A DNA stretch of 64,000 nucleotides from Lingula anatina (lineage: Eukaryota > Animalia > Brachiopoda), in contig CM120640.1 of NCBI GenBank assembly GCA_051362555.1, positions 12,400,001 to 12,464,000 of the forward strand, read 5' to 3'. The translations under genes and the position numbers were made by a program. This document shows positions 13,401 to 23,867 of the stretch, piece by piece. The notes under the pieces were generated by a model. The model was not told the origin of the DNA, did not search any database, and was given only the letters and a program-made list of their open reading frames with translations. Each line of letters starts with the position of its first letter. Position 1 is the stretch's first letter.

Positions 13401-16400
13401 ATAGTGGTTGATTAGTGCTGGCACCTCCATATCCATGCAGTGGCACCAGCCAGGGACAGGTTAGTTCTTGTATTCATGTACTGTCTCCTCCATGCTACAC
13501 AGCTGTCTGACCACCAGACAGACAACCCAGCAACCACGACGGCTCCCAGTCGTTACCTACCCCTGATAACAGTACTTCCCCACTGTCCAAAGTGATCACA
13601 TCAGACTTCACTTTGCCAGTGATGTTCAACTGATGTGTAAAAAGAGCTATGCTCTTCAAATAAGCTTTTAAATCTTCCTTGGACCTGGAATCTGGACACT
13701 GTAAGTGGAAAATATGCACACTAGTCCTGTATGACTCTAGACTAAAAAGGTGATTACCAAGGGATGATTGGGATACAACAATAATGAATAATGTTAATAT
13801 ACATTGGGAGTGTCTCATTGAAAATACATCATAAGTTTACTATCTGAAAAAACAAATATTAATTAGAAACAGAGTACAATATTTGTCACCGACAAAGAAA
13901 ATATCTTATGCAAAGCAAAAGTTCATATGGAAAAGGTGCCAGATTCATCTTGGTGCTTCTTTTTTGGGCAAAATACTGCAAGAGACCAGAGCATGATAAA
14001 TATTTATACAAAAACAAACAATTAAGTCAATATGTAATTCTTATTCTGTTTGTTTAAGTCTTTTCTGAATAAAATGTGAATTACTTATTATTGATGAATA
14101 AACAAGTTTCTGTTCACATATACTACATCTATATCATAACCAAAATGCTGATTCGAAATCATATCATGACAACACATGCCAGAATCAGCAAGTATAATAC
14201 CTGGTCAGCAATTGTTCTGGCCAGTTTGTCCAGATTAGTTCCAGCTTCTGAGATCTTCTTGGCAGCATTGATGACATCCATAGTGGACTTCAGTGGACCA
14301 CGACCACTGAAAATATATTTTATTATTAAATACAATAAAATGTAAAAAATTATATCATAATCATTCCTGCTGCTTTATTTTGATAAATATCTATGCTGCA
14401 AAAACAACTTTAAGCTGCACTGAAATAGAACAGTATGAGTAAGCTTATAAAAACTTTTTGTGACTGAAACATAAATCATAATGATGAAAATTTTTCCTAT
14501 ATATTATGTTCTTACCGAGTGAAATCAGTCATCTCCATCATGATCATGCACATCTGTTTAGCCAATATGATGATATCATTTCCACTATCATCCCACTTGG
14601 CAATTTCTCTATCCAGCTTTGCCTTCTCCAGGCGGAAGTCTTCCACATGTTGCTGGATTTTCAGCTGTTCCTCAGGAGGCAGTTGTCTCATAAGAGCACG
14701 GTCTGAAGGTTCTCCCATAATGCTGTCAATTCTATCATACTCCTGGTCTGTGTAGTTGCTGTAGCTTGCTATTAAAGGAGATAAAGTACTGTTGTTATCA
14801 ATTTTTCATTAATTGGCACTGATTTAGGAATTAAGCCCTTTCTCAATTACCTATCAAAACTTTCTTTGCCAAAGTCATGCTATTTCTACTATTTTTGTTT
14901 AAGGCAATCCACCAACTATTTGACCCCATGCAACCTGCCTCTGTAAGAAACATCACTTACCCTTACTACGGGTCTCTGTCTCTGTATCATCATACTGATC
15001 TTCCTCAACATCAGATTCCTCGATTTCATCTGGTCCCTACATACAAAATGTTGCACATGTTTAACTCTTTAACAGAAAACATTTTGTCACAAAGACAAAT
15101 TTGTCAAAAAACCTTTCAGTGGTCAATACTTGTTTGTAATATATTACTTATCAGAATTTAATGATGCCAAAATAATTTATTTTTGAAAAAAATCTTCAAG
15201 TGGATCTGTTTCCTGTTACAAAATTTATATAAGCACATTTCTCAGGTTGCCTCAGAAGCACTAACCCTATTCATCAGCACAGCTCTGCGTATGTCACGGA
15301 CACCATCATATACAAGACGTGCAGCTTCAATGAACTCATTCTCATCAATTTCCCGTGGTGGATTGGAGGAGAGAGCATCCACTGCATCTTCTACTCTGGC
15401 AGCAAAGTTTGGCATCACTGAAACAGACGGGAATAATCAAATTTTGGGAATTCAAATTTAAAGGTTTTGGGCAAATGTGTGGGAGAGGATTTAATACTTG
15501 CTCATCTTGAAATTCCTCAAAAATAATATGCTGGTTGTGAAATAGTTTAAATCTATATATAACATTAAATTCACTTATAAACAGTATACTGACTCAGAAC
15601 TGAAAGAACACCTAAATACATCTGAAATTCAAGTTTTATAATTGCAGATTCAGGCTTTTGGTATAACATTTGAACAACGTGGCATTAGTTTTGTACCTTG
15701 ATCTCTGAGCATCACCACAGCCTCCATCACTCTCTCAGTGTAAATGCCAGGTTCATAGTTATCCATCTCTGCAGTGACCACATTGCAGACACGAGCAGAG
15801 CGCCCTCTGATGGCACCAGCTGTGCGATCCAGTGTATCAGCATCACTCTCTTGTAGTGCCAAGACACACTTGTTCACATCTTCCAGTATGTGGCTCTCTG
15901 GATGACAAATGAAAGATTATGTCAACATTGCACTAGGAGGGAGTCATGTTTCCCCTTGTAATGGTCTGAACCTGAGAACCATATTGACCATAGGAGAGTA
16001 ATCATACATTAGTCTAAAGTAAGACATTAATTTTCTTTCAAAATACTTCAGGTTTTTTAAATTGCATAATAAATTGAAACAAATGAAATAAAATTAAAAG
16101 GGTTTTTCTTCTTCTTTTCAATACCCATTACTCACATCTTTTTTCACTTAAACAACAAAAAGAAGACATCAGTCCAGCCTTAAATTTACCTGAGACAGCC
16201 AAGAAGTCATCAATGGTTGTGATATCATCCACAGCTTCTGTCAATACACGGACCTGTTTCTCCCAGGCATCCTTGAACACATCCATGTTCTCCATGGCAA
16301 CCTTGGAGCGTGGTCTAGCTGCCAGAATGCGGGCAGCATTGATAACCTGCGAATATGCCAATAATGATGCAACAATATTGATACTTCATAAAATTATCAT

Positions 16401-18753
16401 ACACAAGGTCACAATGATTCAAACTTTGTTTCAAACATATTTTCTTACTTCCAAACTACTTCTCAAATCTCCAAATTGGATGTTGTATTTAGAATGTTTA
16501 ACATCGAACAAACTTAATACTATAATGCTTTTCATGCATGATCAACATCACGAAATTTTTTTCATCTCCACATATAGAGACCTTAACATTACATAGCATA
16601 TACAGCAATAACATATACAGGAACCATACCTGTGGGCACAGATTCTCTATCTGGCTGGCAGCCAGGCGCACCAGTTTCACCCCTTCCTCATTGTTGGACA
16701 TGGAGCAGGCCAAGTTGGCCACCTCAACCAGCTTGTTAGCATGCTCTGTGAACACCTGAGCATATTCCTCAACCTCCGCCTCATTGCCAGCCTTTGCAGC
16801 CTCAATCAACACCAACAGTGGTACATTGGTTTCTAAGAAGGAGTCGGACACATGATCCACAACAGCCTTACGCAGCTGCAAAAGTAAAGGAATATTCTAC
16901 TTACAAATCTTTCTAGTAATAAATAAACGTAAGGACTTTTAAACAAGATTTCTACTAATAAATCACAAATTCATATATTTTGCAAAATAAACTCATTTTA
17001 CAAAGCAGATCATTAATAACTGGATAATCATGAAGTTGCAGTTTATTTATTTTAACTGAGAACATAAAAAATTTGAAAAAAAATAACAGCTTATTTATAT
17101 CATATATACAACATGAATCTTGCCATTTGAACATGTTACTTTGTATACTATATTGCTGATTCAGTATAGGTTATACACCCCGAGTAGAGGGTAATGCTCT
17201 ATTCTAAGGGTACTGTCCTCATACTACAGGTGGCCAATGCCCTGGGAAGATTCAGTCACTATTCTACTGACCTGTCTTCTGAGGTCTCTGGTCTTCTTGC
17301 ACATATGTTCAATGGCTCTGTCCAGAGATTCACTTGGTTCATTGCGACCAACCTGAAAATTAAGAAATAAGATTCAAGCATTTCTCTAAATTTTTCTTCA
17401 AAAATTTATATAGTTTCAAAATTTTAAAACACTAACATAATTATAAACAAATCATTGCTATTGTTCCCGTAACATCAACTAACAATGTATATTTTCCACC
17501 AAGACTTTTTCTAATAAATAATAAGTTTTATCAAAACAAACCAAGAAGTTATTCTTCTGTATATGACATATGACATATGACATGCTGAATGACTTTACCA
17601 ATATCATGCAGTTTTCTATTGCAATTTCATATCCTTAGTATCTAACTCAGCCTTTTCAACAGCTGCAACTAAAATCAATCTTGATCTTGTTAGTATTCTT
17701 AGCCTTGTTGGGTGAACTCAGAGGTTTAAATATACTGAAGAGCCCCCGTCTAATCATCTGTTCTTGATGCAAGAACATCCTCCCATATCATGCCTTTCAT
17801 TACACATTTATTTCATATGCATGCTTAACTGCCTCCTTCTGCGAAACACCATTTCAATGACAAAAAAAATAAACCCCACAGTAAAGGAGAGAGCAAAACT
17901 AGAAGTCCTCACAAGTAGGGAAACCATCTATACATGGCAATTATATTTTTTAAAACCTGTAAGAAAACCACATGTCATTATCAGCATGGTGCATCTAAAA
18001 TACCCTGCTGTGTAACCATTACCTTGTCGTAAGAGACGTGAAAGGTGACACCACCCTAAAGTGTCTACACAGTAAAGCATTCTATAACAAGACATATATT
18101 ATTGATCTAATGAGAATGCCTTTTTTCACAATACATTTGCAACGTCTCAAATTCCTGCTACGGTAAGAAAAAGGGGAAAATGTGTCCCAGCATAAACTGG
18201 AATCTCTAAAGGCACAGTGTTATTCAAGGTGCATGACCCTCACAAAGTGCTTTATATATGCAAAGCCCTTGGAAGCCATGGGAATGTCACACTCTGAGAA
18301 AATGAAATGTTTTTTGTGATGCACTATTTATTTGCAGTAATGCCTGCTGTGTTTGTATAGCAACATTTTAAACTCAACTAAAAGCAATAGGTTAGTGTCC
18401 ACAATTGTTTTGTTATTCATGAAGCGGGTGAAGGATGACTAACTTAGAATAATATCTTAGAATAATACATATAAATTACCTCAACTGATCTATATGTCAT
18501 TAAGGACACTATTTAAAACATAATAAAAACAACATGGCTTTGTACCTGATGCTTGTGATGTATTCACAGATTCCCCAAATACATAATAAATAACTAGACA
18601 AAATGTATTTAATATGACTTCAAGTGAAAAGACCAAAAACTGAAAAACAATTTGTTCTTGTGAATAGTTATTGTGGAAGTGCTTGTTATTTTCAAAGTAC
18701 AAAATTCCATATTTAAACTTTCCCGTGTGCAAAAAAAATTAAACAAACATTAA

Positions 18754-18788
<35 letters not shown>

Positions 18789-21700
18789 CTATTAAATTAA
18801 CTAGATTCAATATCTCTCCTCATGACACTTTTAATATCCATCCACTCTAAACTCTAAAGTGCTTTTCTATATGCAAGTCCATGCTCTTGCCTATAAATGA
18901 ATGCTTTTTCCATGCTGGAAACATGGATGATGCAATAAGTAACCTTGCAGAACCATGCTCTATGGCATAAGGGATTTCAACAAGGCCAAAAACATGGATT
19001 TTGCAATGCTCTAAGTGAGTGATATGGCAGTAGCCATGCAGATGTGGCTCTGGTGAGGTTGGTAGTGGTGGCAGGAGATTATATACATATATATATATAT
19101 ACATGTAACTGTATAAAACTGTGTGTATGGTTATACATATGACCAATAGCAGGCAGGGTGTATTTGCTGCATCCCATGCAACTTTTACCTGCTCACGAAA
19201 GTAGCTTGGTTTGCTACGTTTACCACACTGCAGAATCAAATAGTTACAGAGACAGGATCAAACATCAGCAATTTATCAAATGACTGATACAAGTTGGTTA
19301 CACTAGACAGAGAATAATTCCTTTGTGTATCATGCTAATATTTTAAGATCAAACAAGACTATGAAAACTTAATAATTATTGCTTTCTTTCTAAAAATAAT
19401 CAAATAATGGTAAATTTGCTCCAGGTCTAAATTTGTTTCACTAAAAAGGCAATTCAATATGTCTTAACATTTTCATTTTACTTACATTGTTCATGTACTC
19501 TGACAACAGATCTTGCAAGGCTTGTCTGACTGCATTACATTCCTGAACAATCCTCTCTCGTCTTTCATCACGTGTGCAAGAAGAGTCAGCCATCAGAGCT
19601 GCACCACTGATAATGCTCTCAAGGCGTTCCTCCAAAGAAGGTCTTGTGCGCACTTCATTGTAATTCAGTGGATCCATGATTATCTTTTGCTATAATGAGG
19701 AATTTAATATGGGTTATCAAAACACCACTTCAGTTACTGACGTTCACATTTTGTACAAGAAAGAAAACTGAACTAAACAAAATATTGCTCCTTCCTGACA
19801 AATATCATGTTTTGCATCAAATATCATTTTTCTTTTTTCAGTTTTGAATATATACCTGAAAATTGTTAATTGTGTGAAATCAAGCCAACATAAAACTAAT
19901 ACACACATATTTAGATAAAAACATGAGAAACATACGTCAAATTCATCCAGGGCTGCAGCCAGTTCTCCAGGGCCCTCAAATGGATGTGCATCAGATTGTC
20001 CTGTAGCCTGGGCCACCCCACTGATTGTGTTCACAGCATCACACACCTGTTTCAGGACAAAGTCACGGTTAGCCTTCGCTGCTGCCAACTCTGGATGGCG
20101 CACATAGGCCTGGGAAAATAATAAAAAAATCATACAAAACATACATTGATTTTGGCAAAAAGGGGGAATAAAATAACTGAATTTAGGTTCTGTTAAGAAG
20201 TTTTAACATGGCCAAACAAATCAGTGGTAAGCTTAAAAAGCATATTTTGGCATGTACCTGACTTCATGTTTGAAGTGCAATGTTAATCAACAAAACTTTA
20301 ATGTTATTCTAAATACCAAAAAAGAGCATCTTTTTTATGTATTTTAACATAATAATGCTCCATGTAGATACTGATAAATTGATTATTCACAAGTAAACAA
20401 TAATAAAAATTCTCTTGTCTATCCGTGATACCAACCCACTGCATCATTTACTTATGACAGTGACATACCTTGGAAGTGGTCAGCAGCATCATGCTGTTCT
20501 TCTTCAGTGTAGCCCTGGCTGCTGCCAAGTCATCTCTAAGACGAGGGTCTTTCAGATCCTGGAATAACGATCACATCTGAACATAAACTTCAAAAATTTT
20601 ATTATGGAAAAACAAAATTTGCAACTGTCATTTATTAACATTCATATCAATGAAATATTGCTCAATGTCAATTAACAACTCTTATTCACACATAATTCCA
20701 TTAGATTCATGAGATACAGAATCATGCAATTACCCTAGTTTATATCCTTTTTCATTCTGGCCTACTTCATGTTGTAAGTACTTACAGCTTGCCTTCTGCC
20801 TGCTTGTTCTACCAAATCCACCACATTCTTTCCAAATTCTTTGAATTCCTTCATCAGTTCTTGCTGACTTGTAGCATTGCGGATACGTTCCAGATCATCC
20901 TCAACCTATAAAAGCAAAACATCTCTATATAAATGTATTCCCAAATTATTCCCTTTTGACAATTTAAACTTCTCTTGTTCCCAAACTGACCTAAAGGAAA
21001 AACCATGTGCAGGACTGGAAATGTAAATTAATTTGTACCTTACTTCATTATTAATCAGCAAAACAATTAATGATCAATGTTGCTTACAATTCTCAGAGAT
21101 TTCAACAGCAGATGAACATCCACCATGTCTGCAAGGATGAGTAGACGTGTGACAGCAGATAATAACGCCCTGGCTGCACGCACCATGGCACCACGCTTCA
21201 TGGAGGAACAAGGATCATCAGCAAACTCTTGTGAGGAAGTGCGCATCTGATCACCTGAAAAAAAAAGATATATATATATATAAAATACACATTAAAAATC
21301 AACAGTGGTTCTCAATTATATCTTAATTGAGACACTCATACCAAACTGTGGAAGTTTGACTCATTTTAAATGATGTTTTCTTAAATATATAATAAAATTG
21401 AAAATAGTCACATTTTGCAATTATATACCTGTGCAATTCTTGCAGTCTCAGTCAAATTTATTAAATATAAAACTGGGAATCTTAATGCAGATCTCAACTC
21501 CATACTCACCTGTTTTTGTGACTTCATCCACAGCTGCAAGCATTTCATTTCGGACTTCTGGATTTTCTTCTGCTATTTCTCTTCCACGGACAATAAAGTT
21601 TTCTGTAGCTTTCTGTACTGCTGCACTCAATACATGGGCCTTCTTAGACCTTCCTTTCTTCTTCTTTGAGGGGCCTTTCTGGTTGACCAGGGTTGTAACC

Positions 21701-22020
21701 TAATGCACACCAGAAACAGTATATCTTTACTGTTTTTCAGTCAAATTTAATAACAATACTTGTGATGTTTTGTGAATTCACATACTGTGTGTTATCATAC
21801 AAATGTATAACCAATCTAGTCAATCAAAATTCACAAGAAACATTTTTCATACTCTTGCCTACACTATAACAACTCAATTTTTAATAAGTTTAACACTTCC
21901 AGTTACCTGTGTAACTAACGGTTCTAATGTTTTCTCCACAGATTTTGTACGAATTTCCAGATTCTTTGGGTCCCACTTAATCTGGATGGACCCTGTTGGA
22001 GAAGTTGTCAGGGTTGTCAT
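10484..22020 (-). CDS. CTNNA: Alpha-catenin, complete CDS. Exons 5'->3': 22020-21907, 21699-21510, 21254-21088, 20905-20786, 20558-20469, 20109-19936, 19689-19486, 17352-17272, 16875-16630, 16346-16190, 15897-15697, 15417-15266, 15036-14961, 14768-14516, 14306-14201, [one of 13698-13561 / 13177-13043 / 12886-12752], 11220-11128, 10930-10904, 10645-10484
   Basis: Phase-consistent GT-AG exons give MTTLTTSPTGSIQIKWDPKNLEIRTKSVEKTLEPLVTQVTTLVN...FADDPCSSMKRGAMVRAARALLSAVTRLLILADMVDV...RPSLEERLESIISGAALMADSSCTRDERRERIVQECNAVRQALQDLLSEYM...LRKAVVDHVSDSFLETNVPLLVLIEAAK...KWDDSGNDIIILAKQMCMIMMEMTDFTRGRGPLK...LDSATSLIQAAKNLMNAVVLTVKASYVASTKY...WKMKPPEKKALVRRE, which is unmistakably alpha-catenin. Confidence 0.97.
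12752..12886 (-). CDS. CTNNA: Alpha-catenin alternative exon 16C (135 nt, phase 0-0; closest to canonical): CPVSDSKKDLIAYLQRIALYCHQLNITSKVKADVTNISGELIVSG
   Basis: Acceptor cttgcattttAG, donor GGG|GTATGT. Retains the canonical AYLQRIALYCHQLNI.SKVKA.V...GELIVSG of metazoan alpha-catenins. Confidence 0.92.
13043..13177 (-). CDS. CTNNA: Alpha-catenin alternative exon 16B (135 nt, phase 0-0): CPDSISKRDLLSYLKQITLFTHQLNITSKVKADVTTQGGEMLLTG
   Basis: Branch-like CACTAAC, acceptor catccacttttcAG, donor GGG|GTATGT, open frame. Confidence 0.87.
13561..13698 (-). CDS. CTNNA: Alpha-catenin alternative exon 16A (138 nt, phase 0-0): CPDSRSKEDLKAYLKSIALFTHQLNITGKVKSDVITLDSGEVLLSG
   Basis: Acceptor ttccacttacAG, donor GGG|GTAGGT, open frame, paralogous to 16B and 16C. 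Confidence 0.85.
18751..18788. repeat. (AAAT)n microsatellite
   Basis: Tandem TAAA units in alpha-catenin intron 7. Confidence 0.9.
19189..19227 (-). CDS. Candidate 39-nt cassette exon in alpha-catenin intron 7 (CGKRSKPSYFREQ)
   Basis: ctgcAG acceptor, CAG|GTAAAA donor, frame-preserving phase 0-0, TGCATG 8 nt after the donor. Confidence 0.35.
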
Positions 22021-23461
22021 TTTGCTAGCGTCCTGAAAAACAAGAAACTCATGAAATCAGAATATGAAATACCCTCGGATATAATGCTCTAGAAATGAAA
22101 AAATACACATGATTGAAAGCCCCGCTTTTAATCATAAGGTTTGACGCTGTAACATATTAATTTACTGAAGAACTCGTTCAAAATATGAACCAGTATTAAG
22201 TAGAATATGCATGTATATATATCAATTACCACACGAACTTTGTTTTTGAACATCTAAAAAACTCACTACAAAGAAATTGCACAGTTAAAGCAATTTCAAA
22301 TGGGTTGGGAGAACAGATTTATTTTACATGATCCATGGCCTTCCCAGACAGGGAATGTTTATCGAATTAGTAAGACATAGATTCATTGCAAGAAATTCCT
22401 AAGTTAAGTTTTCCTCTTTTTTAGATTGGATACCAAATTTTAACTGTATTTTACCTACCTGCACAGGAGCAGACTACTCCAGAACCGAAACCCCCAGCTT
22501 AACCCTAGCTTATATATGATTTTCACTTGAAATTCCTCAAATTCCTATTGTATTTAAAAATAATGAATCATAAACCAGACGGTTGCCGTTTGATATACCA
22601 CCACTCCTCCCTCCTGTACAAGAAAATTCTTAGCCTCATATGCAAAAAAAAATTGATAAAATGTCACAATCATGTCATTTTCCCATTTTTATTAACAATT
22701 TCTTTTATTTGCATTATTTTTGATGGTATACATTCTTTGATAGATATGAAACATTTTAAGTTTGATTTATACAAGCGGGATGCAAATAATTAAATTAAAT
22801 AACAGACACAACCCACCTAATGTGCCTCCATTAAAAAAAGAGCTCCATTTTGCCCGAAACTTAAAGTGAAAAAGTAGGCCAACTCTGTGTCGCTGTTAAC
22901 ACATGTGTATGTGGACTACACTCAAAAAATTTAATTGTTCTTTGAAAGCCTGGTAAGTTAAAGCACATGTCTTATAATACATGTATGCCCTTATAATATG
23001 TAATTTAGACTAGATGAAAAGTCGAAATGAACGTCAAGTATTCGTATTACTTAAAAACCAAGGAGCCTGTTGCTACCAGTAGTACACTCTTGTACTCAGT
23101 AGTGTACATGTATTATATGGTATTGGTAGTCACTAATTCAATTAACCACTGTAACAGTATCAGCACTATTAGCCACAGTCTAAAGCTAGTAGTACGTAAG
23201 ATTGCATAATGTGCCCATTAAATCTTAGCTTATAAACGTGTAGATGTCATATTTGTCGGATTGCACAGTATGTATGTACCCTGTATATCTACCTACATGT
23301 ACATGGTACAGAGTTATTTTAGTTCATTTTGCTTGAGTTACATTTGATTATAATATTTTATCATTTTTAGTGTGCCTCGTGAAAGATTAATGCAGGTATC
23401 AACTTTATTGCAATTATATAGCTAATCTGCTACTCGTCTAAACACTAGCATGCCAGCATTA

Positions 23462-23718
23462 GGCTTCGTTCACATGCAATGTCTATTTTCTAAATTCTAT
23501 TTTCTATTCGCGCTATCTTATGATCACGATCTGTGCCCTGAATATCCCGCCGCGTAATTACTGGCAGCGCGAGCCAGTTACTTATAGCAACTTATAGTAA
23601 CTGGCTCGCGCTGCCAGTAATTACGCCGCGGGATATTCAGGGCACAGACCATGATCATAAGACATACCGCAAATAGAAAATAGAATTTAGAAAATAGACA
23701 TTGCATGTGAACGAAGCC
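23462..23718. mobile_element. Palindromic non-autonomous DNA transposon (MITE), PIF/Harbinger-like
   Basis: Near-perfect inverted arms of about 121 bp (23462-23582 / 23596-23718), termini GGCTTCGTTCACATG...CATGTGAACGAAGCC, and TTA target-site duplication (23459-23461, 23719-23721). TWA TSD and GGC...GCC ends are typical of PIF/Harbinger. Confidence 0.88.
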
Positions 23719-23867
23719 TTAGACTAGGGACACTGCACAGTTACATGTATCAGGTTTTGAAAATTTAGATAATGCTTATACTAGTAAATATATGAGTACA
23801 TAATATTTACTAGTAGGTATGGTATTTTTCAGGGCTCCTAACTGCAGGTTCTGCACTTGTCTTTATC

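Larger units (their letters stand above)
12073..13464 (-). promoter_or_regulatory. Candidate intronic RNA-pairing (selector/docking) elements and Rbfox/QKI-type motifs controlling exon 16A/B/C choice
   Basis: Complementary pairs 12707-12721/12324-12338, 12997-13019/12078-12096, 13435-13444/13000-13009 and 13456-13464/12097-12105. Sense-strand TGCATG at 12918-12923, 13338-13343 and 13434-13439. Confidence 0.55.

Noticed and set aside
17353-19485. Nested LRRTM-like gene or internal first exon (ATG ATA TTG|GTAAAG at 17607-17599) as in vertebrate CTNNA intron 7
   Set aside because: There is no LRR-coding ORF, and the internal-exon donor is weak with no other support.
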